From an uncultured bacterium (GTDB taxonomy: Bacteria; Cyanobacteriota; Vampirovibrionia; Gastranaerophilales; Gastranaerophilaceae), in the NCBI GenBank assembly GCA_900553895.1, contig USFB01000001.1, positions 49,735 to 113,734 on the forward strand: a stretch of 64,000 nucleotides of DNA, read 5' to 3'. The translations under genes were made by a program, and so were the position numbers. Of this stretch, positions 48,506 to 57,304 are shown piece after piece. Every line of letters begins with the position of its first letter. The stretch's first letter is position 1. The notes under the pieces were generated by a model, which worked only from the letters and a program-made list of their open reading frames with translations, made no database searches and was not told the origin of the DNA.

Positions 48506-48784
48506 TTACTCATCAACATCCGTAAGTTTTATCAGGTGCCAACCGAATTGAGTTTCAACAGGTTTTGAAATTTCACCTTTTTTTAGTGCAAAAGCTGCAT
48601 CTTCAAAAGGCTTAACCATCATACCTTTACCAAACCATCTCAAATCCCCACCATCACGACCTGATGGACATTTAGAATATTGTTTTGCTAAATCTTCAAA
48701 AGCTACACCATTTTCAATATCAAGCAAAAGATTTTCTGCTTGTTCTTTTGTATCAACTAAAATGTGACTTGCTCTAATTTTCAT
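48506..48784 (-). CDS. ppiC: Parvulin-type peptidyl-prolyl isomerase
   Basis: 92 aa with the HILV...FGWH pattern. Confidence 0.8.
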   Translation of the reverse strand: MKIRASHILVDTKEQAENLLLDIENGVAFEDLAKQYSKCPSGRDGGDLRWFGKGMMVKPFEDAAFALKKGEISKPVETQFGWHLIKLTDVDE

Positions 48785-48869
48785 ATTTTTCTCCTTATTT
48801 TATAATTAGAATTTTAACATAAAAAAATGATATATAAAATAAAAAAAGCTCCTTTATAAAAAGGAACTT

Positions 48870-48905
48870 ATTATTAATATAAAAAAAAAGGCTAACCTTT
48901 CGGCT
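48870..48905 (-). terminator. Terminator after rplA (minus strand)
   Basis: On the minus strand: ggctagcc-gaaa-ggttagcc followed by ttttttttt. Confidence 0.5.
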
Positions 48906-48916
48906 AGCCGTAAATA

Positions 48917-49642
48917 TCAACCAACAATTTCTTTAACTTCTGCTTGAAGGTTCTTTGCATCAATCTTGATGCTTGGTCCCATTGTTGTTGTCAAATAGAT
49001 TGACTTAACATAAGTACCTTTTGCTGCAGAAGGTTTTGCTCTAAGAACTGCATCAACCAATGTTCCATAGTTCTTAACTAAATCTTCGTTAGCGAATTGA
49101 ACCTTACCGATAGGACAGTGAATCATACCCTGTTTGTCAGCTCTGAATTCAACTTTACCTGCTTTAGCATCTTTAACTGCTTTAGCAATATCAAGAGTTA
49201 CAGTACCAGTTTTAGGGTTTGGCATCAAGCCTTTAGGACCTAAAACTCTACCTAACTTACCTAACATACCCATACAGTCAGGAGTTGCGATTAATGTATC
49301 GAATTCAAACCAACCGCCAGCGATTTTGTCGATAATTTCTTCTGTTCCGTAGAAATCAGCACCTGCGTCTTTAGCTTCAGTAACTTTTGGTCCTTTTGCG
49401 ATAACGCAAACACGAACTTCTTTACCTAAACCTGCAGGAAGAACAACTGTTGATCTGATTTGTTGTTCTGCGTGTTTAACTTCAATACCTAATCTCATGT
49501 GACATTCAACTGTTTCGTTGAATTTTGCAACTTCTTTAGATACTTCTTGTAATTTAGTAAGAGCATCACGACCGCTAGCCGGTTGTTGGAAATCAGCTAA
49601 CAATTCTTGAAGCTTCTTTTGTTTTTTAGTTATTTTTGACAT
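48917..49642 (-). CDS. rplA: 50S ribosomal protein L1
   Basis: L1 sequence. Start placed at MSKITKK; the track ORF extends to 49660. Confidence 0.9.
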   Translation of the reverse strand: MSKITKKQKKLQELLADFQQPASGRDALTKLQEVSKEVAKFNETVECHMRLGIEVKHAEQQIRSTVVLPAGLGKEVRVCVIAKGPKVTEAKDAGADFYGTEEIIDKIAGGWFEFDTLIATPDCMGMLGKLGRVLGPKGLMPNPKTGTVTLDIAKAVKDAKAGKVEFRADKQGMIHCPIGKVQFANEDLVKNYGTLVDAVLRAKPSAAKGTYVKSIYLTTTMGPSIKIDAKNLQAEVKEIVG

Positions 49643-49744
49643 TTCTTTAAATCCTTTCATGGTGTTAACGGATTTTTCAATCCTTCCATATTATCTCTTT
49701 GTCCCTTATAAGAAGAAGGGATATTCGATGAGTAGATGTTATTC

Positions 49745-49798
49745 TACCCCTCATCCGGGCTCCGCCCACCTTCTCCCGCAAGGGGCGAAGGAATAATG
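49745..49798. repeat. GC-rich repeat element copy B (ccgcccaccttctcccgcaaggggcgaaggaataatg)
   Basis: Lies between rplK and rplA. It shares CCCACC, CTCCC, AAGG and GGAATAATG with copy A. Confidence 0.45.
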
Positions 49799-49805
49799 CG
49801 TTCAA

Positions 49806-50234
49806 CTAGTCTTCTTTAACAGTAACGCCCATAGCTCTGCAAGAGCCTTTAATCATGTTTACAGCAGCATCCATAGAAGTTGCGTTTAAATCGTTCATTT
49901 TAATTTTTGCGATTTCTTCTAATTGAGCTCTTGTAATTTCACCAACTTTAGTTTTGTTAGGAGTAGCTGAACCCTTAGGGATATTTAATGCCTTTTTAAT
50001 CAAAACTGGAGCTGGAGGTGATTTGATAACAAAAGTGAAACTTCTGTCTTCGTATACATCAATAATAACAGGGATAATATAGCCTGCTTGAGATTCAGTT
50101 TTTGCATTGAACTGTTTGCAGAAATCCATGATATTAACACCGTGTTGACCTAAAGCCGGACCAACTGGAGGTGATGGATTAGCTTTACCTGCTTGAATTT
50201 GTAGTTTAATTTTTCCTACTACTTTTTTTGCCAT
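49806..50234 (-). CDS. rplK: 50S ribosomal protein L11
   Basis: [13 protein letters not shown]..., canonical L11. Confidence 0.9.
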   Translation of the reverse strand: MAKKVVGKIKLQIQAGKANPSPPVGPALGQHGVNIMDFCKQFNAKTESQAGYIIPVIIDVYEDRSFTFVIKSPPAPVLIKKALNIPKGSATPNKTKVGEITRAQLEEIAKIKMNDLNATSMDAAVNMIKGSCRAMGVTVKED

Positions 50235-50249
50235 TTTGTTCTCCTTTCG

Positions 50250-50375
50250 TGGTACTAGCGGGGGGCACCCCCTTCCACGTTATTTGTGTTGTGTTTTCAA
50301 AGTGAAACCCTCACTCGCATCCGTAACTTTCGCTATGCTCAAGAGCGGTTGCGACCTCTCCAATGGAGAGGAGAA
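50250..50375. repeat. GC-rich element copy G in the rplK leader
   Basis: Contains ccctcactcgcatccgtaa, a 19/20 match to the pepP insert. It could additionally serve as the L1-binding leader. Confidence 0.4.
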
Positions 50376-50379
50376 GATT

Positions 50380-50991
50380 CTATAACTTTTGAATTTGTTT
50401 ATATTCTAATTCAACCGGAGTTTCACGACCGAATATAGAAACCATTGCTCTAAGTTTAGCCTTATCAGGATAAACTTCTGTAATGTCACCAACAAACTCA
50501 GCGAATGGACCGGAAGTAATTCTAACTTTTTCACCAACTTTAACATCCATTTCAATTTTTTGAGTTTGAGCTGTTGATCTGTGAATAATCTTTTTAATTT
50601 CACTGTCTTTTGCAGGAATAGGTTTTTTAGCAGAACCAACAAATTTGGTAACACCTGCTGTATGTCTTACTACATACCAGCTGTCTTCGTCCATAATCAT
50701 TTCTACTAAAACATAACCAGGGAAGATTTTTTCTTCTCTTTCTTGTTTTCTTCCGCCTTTAATTTGGGTAACAGTCTTTTGAGGAACTTCTACTCTAAAG
50801 ATTTTATCAGCCATGTTCATATATTCAATACGTTTTTCCAAGTTACTTTTAACTTTGTTTTCGTATCCTGAATAAGTGTGAACAATGTACCAACGTTTTT
50901 GATTTTTTCTTTCAGAAGACGCATGACTTTCAACTTCTTGAGTTTCTTCCATTACTTCTTCATTCATGATATTTTCGTCTTTTTCACTCAT
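50380..50991 (-). CDS. nusG: Transcription antitermination factor NusG
   Basis: NGN plus KOW domains. Position conserved between secE and rplK. Confidence 0.9.
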   Translation of the reverse strand: MSEKDENIMNEEVMEETQEVESHASSERKNQKRWYIVHTYSGYENKVKSNLEKRIEYMNMADKIFRVEVPQKTVTQIKGGRKQEREEKIFPGYVLVEMIMDEDSWYVVRHTAGVTKFVGSAKKPIPAKDSEIKKIIHRSTAQTQKIEMDVKVGEKVRITSGPFAEFVGDITEVYPDKAKLRAMVSIFGRETPVELEYKQIQKL

Positions 50992-51016
50992 TACTTTTAC
51001 CCTTTATAAATTTTAA

Positions 51017-51217
51017 TTAAAACTTAGATAACAACATATTGAAAATTACATCCACAAAATAAATAAAAACAGTGAATATAAAAACAATAGCAACAACAAA
51101 GAATGTTTCTACAACAACCTGATGTTTTTCAGGCCAAGTAATCTTGCCCCACTCAGTCTTTACGCCTTTAAAATAAGTAACAACATTTTTCTTTATTGTT
51201 TCAAAAGTATCATTCAT
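51017..51217 (-). CDS. secE: Preprotein translocase subunit SecE
   Basis: 66 aa, single TM, conserved position. Confidence 0.8.
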   Translation of the reverse strand: MNDTFETIKKNVVTYFKGVKTEWGKITWPEKHQVVVETFFVVAIVFIFTVFIYFVDVIFNMLLSKF

Positions 51218-51242
51218 TTTAATAACCTTTTTCTATAAAAAT

Positions 51243-51315
51243 CGCGCCCTGAAGGACTCGAACCCTCGACATCCGGTTTTGGAGACCGACGTTCTACCAA
51301 CTGAACTAAGGACGC
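51243..51315 (-). tRNA. trnW: tRNA-Trp (anticodon CCA)
   Basis: The reverse complement GCGTCCTTAGTTCAGTTGGTAGAACGTCGGTCTCCAAAACCGGATGTCGAGGGTTCGAGTCCTTCAGGGCGCG folds as a cloverleaf with a 7-bp acceptor stem, a GTTCGAGTC T-loop and anticodon loop CTCCAAA. Sits in the conserved rpmG-trnW-secE position. Confidence 0.85.
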
Positions 51316-51324
51316 ATGCGGGTA

Positions 51325-51468
51325 ATTAATACCCATTCCCAAATTATTCGGGGATGCAAGTTTTTGTTCCGTTATTAAATCCTTACGGATTCAGCCACTC
51401 CACCAAACTCTAGCATCTTGCGGGCTTGCTCGCTATCGCTCGACATCGCCCTACCGAAAATCTGGTTA
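51325..51468. repeat. GC-rich repeat element copy H between tRNA-Trp and rpmG
   Basis: Shares a 15-nt exact match gccctaccgaaaatc, plus attattcgggg and ctccacc, with the pepP insert. Confidence 0.45.
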
Positions 51469-51633
51469 CTTAGTTTCCTTGTGAGTTGTGTGTTTTTTAC
51501 AAGTTGGGCAATATTTGCTCAATTCTAATCTGTCTTTAACATTCTTTTTGTTTTTAACAGTTGTGTAATTTCTTTCCTTGCAATCTTCACAAGCTAGAAC
51601 TACCATTCTATCGTTTTTACCTTTGATACCCAT
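51469..51633 (-). CDS. rpmG: 50S ribosomal protein L33
   Basis: Manual translation: [55 protein letters not shown]. Not in the ORF track because it is shorter than 60 aa. Coordinates are approximate to +/-2. Confidence 0.8.
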
Positions 51634-51992
51634 TTTTAAGTTCCTTTATATTTACCTTTTATTGCTATTTTATAAATAATTTTGACCTTTTTAAAAAGAA
51701 TGTGCTGAACACATTCTTTCTTTAAATCGGCGTATAAGTTAATACTAAAATAAACATAAATAAATTGCAAATTATTGTAAAGATTTTTTAAAATTTGTTT
51801 TGTTGAACACCAATAACGCTTTGAGCGTACAGCACTTTACTATGATAACATACAAAATTAATGGTGCAAAAATTTGCACCCTACCTTCTTTCAATTATCC
51901 ATTTTCAATTTAGAAAGGATAGCACCATAAACATTACCTTCTTCAATTTGGAAAAACTTTTATGCTAAAATAAATTCAAAGAGGAGTAAAAA

Positions 51993-53273
51993 ATGATTAA
52001 ATCAATTATTTTAGCCGCAGGCAAAGGCACAAGAATGAAATCTGACACGCCTAAAGTTTTACATACAATTTTTGATAAAACTCTTGTCGGATATGTTATA
52101 GATGCAGTAAACAATACAGGTTTAGCTGATGAGAACTTTGTAATAGTAGGTCATCAAGCTGAAAGAGTAGAAGAATACATTAACAAAAATTATGATAATG
52201 CAAAATGCGTTCTTCAATCTCCACAGCTGGGAACAGGTCACGCTGTTAGCATGGCGCTACCTTACTTAAAAGACTTTGATGGCGAAGTAATAATTTTATG
52301 TGGCGACACACCATTAATTACATCAGAAACAATAAAAGAATTTGTTGAATATCATAGAGAAAATCAATCTGATTTAACTGTTATGAGTGCGATTTTTGAA
52401 AATCCGACAAACTACGGAAGAATTATCAGAAATCAAGACGGTTCTTTAAATTCTATCGTTGAAGAAAAAGATGCAACTCCTGAACAAAAAGCTGTTAAAG
52501 AAATTAACGCAGGAATTTACTGCATTAATTGGGCAAAAATCAAACCCGCATTTAATGAACTTACAAGCAACAATGCTCAAGGCGAATATTATTTAACAGA
52601 CATTATCAAATGGGGTAATGAAAATAATTTGTCAGTAAATGCCTATACTCTTAAAAACAATGAAGAAATATTTGGAATCAATTCAAAAACGCATCTTGCA
52701 GAAGCGACAAAGATGTTAAACAACAAAATTGTTCAAAAACATCTTGATAACGGAGTTCAAATAATTGACCCTGCTACAACTTGGATATCACCAGAAACCG
52801 AAATTGGTGCAGACACAGTAATTTATCCGTCTTGTTACATAAACGGCAAAAATAAAATCGGTAGACATTGCAAAATAGGACCATTTGCACATTTAAGAGG
52901 TGACGTTGTATTAGAAGATTACGTTAAAATCGGCAATTTTGTAGAAGTTAAAAAAACTACAATAAAATCACACACTAATGCTTGTCATTTAACATATCTT
53001 GGCGATAGTGAAATCGGTTCTAACGTAAATATCGGTGCCGGAACAATTACCGCAAATTACAACCCTTTAACAAAAGTAAAAAGTAAAACTATAATTAAAG
53101 ACAATGTTAAAATCGGTTCTAATTCTGTATTAGTAGCTCCCGTTACAATTGAAGAAGGTGCAAATGTAGGTGCTGTCGGAGTAATTACAAAAAATATTCC
53201 CGAATGGTCTTTAGCGATTACTCGTTCACCTTTGAAATTAATTGAAGGTTGGGTAAAAAAGCATTTAGGCTAG
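51993..53273 (+). CDS. glmU: Bifunctional GlcNAc-1-P uridyltransferase/GlcN-1-P acetyltransferase-like
   Basis: Nucleotidyltransferase N-terminus (LAAGKGTRM) plus a C-terminal left-handed beta-helix. Confidence 0.8.
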   Translation: MIKSIILAAGKGTRMKSDTPKVLHTIFDKTLVGYVIDAVNNTGLADENFVIVGHQAERVEEYINKNYDNAKCVLQSPQLGTGHAVSMALPYLKDFDGEVIILCGDTPLITSETIKEFVEYHRENQSDLTVMSAIFENPTNYGRIIRNQDGSLNSIVEEKDATPEQKAVKEINAGIYCINWAKIKPAFNELTSNNAQGEYYLTDIIKWGNENNLSVNAYTLKNNEEIFGINSKTHLAEATKMLNNKIVQKHLDNGVQIIDPATTWISPETEIGADTVIYPSCYINGKNKIGRHCKIGPFAHLRGDVVLEDYVKIGNFVEVKKTTIKSHTNACHLTYLGDSEIGSNVNIGAGTITANYNPLTKVKSKTIIKDNVKIGSNSVLVAPVTIEEGANVGAVGVITKNIPEWSLAITRSPLKLIEGWVKKHLG

Positions 53274-53306
53274 TTTAAACTGTTGGACTGAAAGCCCAAC
53301 CTACGG

Positions 53307-54752
53307 TTAGCCACCCAATTTAGGACCGTTATATTTTTCATAGAGTTTCATAACTTCATCGGAGATTTTGTCACCACGTACCATTTTTGCGTATGTTTCG
53401 GCGATGAATTCTCCTATGCTTGTTTGAGCATAGGATGACACCTCACCTGCAGCTTGTTGGTAATCTTGATTTGTTAAAAATTCATACAAATCAGGATAAC
53501 GTTTCTTGAATTTTGCAGGATCATTTTCAAATAAATTTTTATAACCTTTATACGTCAGTCCGCCCCAACGATTATCAACATGTTCTACTGACGAATTGTC
53601 AATATGTTTACGTCCGCTTCTTGCTTTGTTATAACATTCTTTAATGCTTGGTAACTTCCAGTGTTTTAAATCTAATTCTTTTAAGTTTTTCGCAAAATCC
53701 TGCAAATGCCCCATTTCATGATAAATTGTTTTTTCGGGCTTTAAGTATGGAATATCCAAAACAACTTTTGTACCTTTATTTTGAATTTGCAAAAAATACT
53801 CGTTTAATTTTATACTTTGTTCTTTTGTCGTTAGTTTTGAGAAGGTTTCAACATCAACATTTATACCATTATCAGTAAATGTTTTTAAATTTTTCTTCAA
53901 AGAAGACATTGGTGCTAATGATAACACCGAGCGTTGAATATTGCCTGCATTACATAGTGTATAATAAACATCACGCTTTTCAGCAATCGTCAAACTGTTA
54001 GGGTCTGATAAAAATTTATTGGTCAAATTTTTTATTCTGGCATCTAATCTACATTCAGGTACAAATTTTTGCCTTTGTGTTGTTGGTTTTACGGCGGGTT
54101 TACTTGCTCCTAGCCATTCTTTAATAGCTTTATCTAATGATTCGTTTTCAAAATACTTTTTATTTATGACAAGTTCCCCGAAATTAGGAGATTTTACATC
54201 TTGTTGAACGTATGCCATTGCATTTTTCAAACTCTTACAACCGATTTTCTTTGGCATAAACAAATGCCCTTTGTTTGCGTTGCTTATATCTACAAGACCT
54301 CTGTTAGCATAATTTATGGCATCGAGCGTAAAATTTCCCTCAACTTCGCCGATTTTTAAAACATCTTTTGCAAATTTTATACCTTCTTCAACCGTTTTTG
54401 CGTCTTTAAAATCTATATGTTCAGCAAGATTTACTAATTGCATTTTTTCGTTATACAACTTAGTAAGTTTATTAGTTTTATGTTTAAAACCACAAATGCC
54501 AATAGCTGTAAAGCCTCCAATAAGACCTAAAGCTGCAATCCCGATTTTTGCTGCGGTAGACATTTTTTCTTTGGTTTTTTGGCTTTTATTATTCTCTGAA
54601 ATTTCTACCGTATCAACAGGATTTGATAATTTCGGTTGAGTTTGTTGATTTGAAACAGCCGAATCAGCACCAAATGTCGGAACAGTTTGTGTTCTCTGAA
54701 TTTGATAATAATTCTGCGGAATTTTAGAATAATAATTATTTATTGTTGACAT
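53307..54752 (-). CDS. Membrane-anchored hypothetical protein with HExxH (HEMGH) metallopeptidase-like motif
   Basis: 481 aa with one TM helix near residue 70. HEMGH with a downstream E (GEFIAETYA). Confidence 0.45.
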   Translation of the reverse strand: MSTINNYYSKIPQNYYQIQRTQTVPTFGADSAVSNQQTQPKLSNPVDTVEISENNKSQKTKEKMSTAAKIGIAALGLIGGFTAIGICGFKHKTNKLTKLYNEKMQLVNLAEHIDFKDAKTVEEGIKFAKDVLKIGEVEGNFTLDAINYANRGLVDISNANKGHLFMPKKIGCKSLKNAMAYVQQDVKSPNFGELVINKKYFENESLDKAIKEWLGASKPAVKPTTQRQKFVPECRLDARIKNLTNKFLSDPNSLTIAEKRDVYYTLCNAGNIQRSVLSLAPMSSLKKNLKTFTDNGINVDVETFSKLTTKEQSIKLNEYFLQIQNKGTKVVLDIPYLKPEKTIYHEMGHLQDFAKNLKELDLKHWKLPSIKECYNKARSGRKHIDNSSVEHVDNRWGGLTYKGYKNLFENDPAKFKKRYPDLYEFLTNQDYQQAAGEVSSYAQTSIGEFIAETYAKMVRGDKISDEVMKLYEKYNGPKLGG

Positions 54753-54777
54753 AAACTAACCTAACCTTATATATTAA

Positions 54778-54810
54778 TAAAAACAAGAAACAGGCTAGAA
54801 TTGCCTGTTT
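54778..54810 (-). terminator. Terminator after the GT2 gene (minus strand)
   Basis: aaacaggc-aattcta-gcctgttt followed by a T-rich run on the minus strand. Confidence 0.5.
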
Positions 54811-54830
54811 GTAAATTTATATTAAGTATA

Positions 54831-55511
54831 TTATTTGAATCTATATTTTAAAAGTGTGAAGATTGCTTGTACGCCATCTTTCCAAGTAATTTTTTTACCT
54901 TCGCTTTCTTGGCGTGCATTATAAGAAATCGGAATTTCTTTAAAACGTGCATTCTTTTTCAATATCTTAGCTGTTATTTCAGGCTCAAAATCAAAACGAT
55001 TTGATTCAATTGTTATGCCTTTTATAAAATCGGCGCGGAAAGCCTTGTAACAGGTTTCCATATCTGTTAAAAATGTGCCGTAAAGAATTCTTGTCATAAA
55101 AGAAAGCGTTACGTTTGCCAAATAACTTAGCAATAAAAATTTGCCTTGATTTCTTGTGTCTGCTAAGCGTGAGCCGTAAACAACATCTGCTTCGTCATTT
55201 TTTATTAATTCTACCAGCGGTTTATAGTCAGCAGGATTGTATTCTAAATCCGCATCCTGAATTATTATAATATCGCCGGTTGCAGCATTAAAACCTGTTC
55301 TTAAAGCCGCACCTTTTCCCATATTTTTTTCATGATAAAGAATTTTATAATTTAAATCTTTGTATAATTCTTTGGTTCCGTCAGTAGAAAAATCATCAAT
55401 TAAGATTATTTCTTTTTCCAAACCAAAATCAACAGCTTCTACTTGTTTAAGAATTTCCTGTAGTGTGTTTTTTTCGTTGTATACAGGTATTAGAATTGAA
55501 ATTTTGTTCAT
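54831..55511 (-). CDS. Family 2 glycosyltransferase (polyprenyl-phosphate sugar transferase-like)
   Basis: 226 aa with ILIPVYNE...DDFSTDGT...QDADLE motifs. Confidence 0.8.
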   Translation of the reverse strand: MNKISILIPVYNEKNTLQEILKQVEAVDFGLEKEIILIDDFSTDGTKELYKDLNYKILYHEKNMGKGAALRTGFNAATGDIIIIQDADLEYNPADYKPLVELIKNDEADVVYGSRLADTRNQGKFLLLSYLANVTLSFMTRILYGTFLTDMETCYKAFRADFIKGITIESNRFDFEPEITAKILKKNARFKEIPISYNARQESEGKKITWKDGVQAIFTLLKYRFK

Positions 55512-55636
55512 ATTTATTTCCTTTTTGTCTAATTGATGACTTTAAATGACTCGGCGCAACATTGCATCGTTTAATATCCCCTCTTGTTTTAATGCGCCAT
55601 TTTATAGTATTATAGAATAAACAAGAGAGGGTTGGA

Positions 55637-57304
55637 ATGACTTTAGAAAATTTCATTTATGAGTCAGTGTCTGAAATACTTAATAATAAGTATGATGAAG
55701 CAAAAGAGCGAATCGAAAAACATAAAGATATTTATCATGATGATACAGCAGTTTGTTTTACGCTTTTGGCTCTAGGTGCTTTTTTAAAAAAGGATTATAA
55801 TTGTTTTTATCAATTCATGAATGATACAGCTTTTCTTGTAGAACAGTCAAATGACCCGATTACAAAAATTTTGTATGAAATGATTTTAGGATATATCAAT
55901 TTCTCGGAAAAAAGTACAGCTTTGTATGCAATAAATTATAATAAGGCACGTAAACTTTCTATTAAGAATCAAAAAACAGATTTCTTTGAAAAATTAAATT
56001 CTCTTTTAAAATGTCCTGCTGTTAGCCATTACACAAATCATAATCAAACAAAAGACCCTCTTATTGCCCTTGTAAATATTGGTCAAGCGGTTGCTGCCGA
56101 AAAAAATATTGATTTATTAATTAAAACAATAGCTGAAGAAACTAAAACTGCTATGAACGCTGATAGATGTACAATTTTTCTTTATGATAAAGAAAATAAT
56201 GAGCTTTATTCTAAAGTTGCAACAGGACTTGATACAAAAGAATTAAGAATCCCTGCCGATAAAGGTATTGCGGGGCATGTAGTTAAAACAGGCGAAACAA
56301 TTAATATTAAAGATGCTTATAACGATAAACGTTTTAACCCTGATGTAGATAAAAAAACAGGATATAGAACAAAAACAATCCTTTGTATTCCTATTAAAAA
56401 TTTTAATCAAGAAATCATTGGTGTATTTCAAGTTATTAATAAATTTGACGAATATTTTACGCCTGATGATGAGGATTTGCTTGTAGCTATCGCTTCAAGT
56501 GCGGGTATTTCTTTAGAGAACGCTCAATTGTTTGAAAAACAAAGAAAACTGCTTGAAGAGCAAAGAGTTGTTTTGGATAGCTTTATTGAAACACTTGCGA
56601 CATCTATTGATGCGCGTGATAAAATTACATCAGGTCATTCTTCTCGTGTAAAAATGTTTTCTTCTCTTATTGCACAAGAATTCGGCATGGAGAAAAATGA
56701 CTTGTACATTTTAGAAAAAGCCGCAGCGTTGCATGATATCGGAAAAATCGGTATAAGAGATTCTGTTTTGCAAAAAGAAGGAAAATTGACACCTGAAGAA
56801 TATAAACATATTCAACAACACGTGGAAATTACGCATCATATTTTAGAAAAAATTCACATGTCAAAAGATTTCCAACAAATTACTGAAATTGCTTGTTCTC
56901 ACCATGAAAAATTTGATGGAACAGGTTATTACAGACACTTAAAAGGTGAAGAAATTCCTTTTGGGGGAAGAATTTTGGCTGTGTCAGACGTGTTTGACGC
57001 GATAACTTCTAAAAGACATTATCGTGATAAAATGCCGATTGAAAAAGTTATTGATATTATTAAAAACGGTGCAGGTTCACATTTTGACCCGCTTGTTGTT
57101 GAAAAGTTTTTAGCAATAAAATTGAGTAAAATTGTAAAAGTATTTTGTACTGAAAACCATTTGACTATATCTGATGAAGATATGGAAACTTTGGATAAAT
57201 ACAACCTACTTGATTTATATTACTCAATAGTAAATAATTGTAGTAATAAATTGTTAGAAGTATTTAATAAATACTATGTAGGTATAGATACAGAGCATGA
57301 ATAA
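55637..57304 (+). CDS. GAF + HD-GYP-type phosphodiesterase domain protein (GYY variant)
   Basis: GAF region followed by an HD domain with HDIGK and HHEKFDGTGYY. Confidence 0.75.
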   Translation: MTLENFIYESVSEILNNKYDEAKERIEKHKDIYHDDTAVCFTLLALGAFLKKDYNCFYQFMNDTAFLVEQSNDPITKILYEMILGYINFSEKSTALYAINYNKARKLSIKNQKTDFFEKLNSLLKCPAVSHYTNHNQTKDPLIALVNIGQAVAAEKNIDLLIKTIAEETKTAMNADRCTIFLYDKENNELYSKVATGLDTKELRIPADKGIAGHVVKTGETINIKDAYNDKRFNPDVDKKTGYRTKTILCIPIKNFNQEIIGVFQVINKFDEYFTPDDEDLLVAIASSAGISLENAQLFEKQRKLLEEQRVVLDSFIETLATSIDARDKITSGHSSRVKMFSSLIAQEFGMEKNDLYILEKAAALHDIGKIGIRDSVLQKEGKLTPEEYKHIQQHVEITHHILEKIHMSKDFQQITEIACSHHEKFDGTGYYRHLKGEEIPFGGRILAVSDVFDAITSKRHYRDKMPIEKVIDIIKNGAGSHFDPLVVEKFLAIKLSKIVKVFCTENHLTISDEDMETLDKYNLLDLYYSIVNNCSNKLLEVFNKYYVGIDTEHE

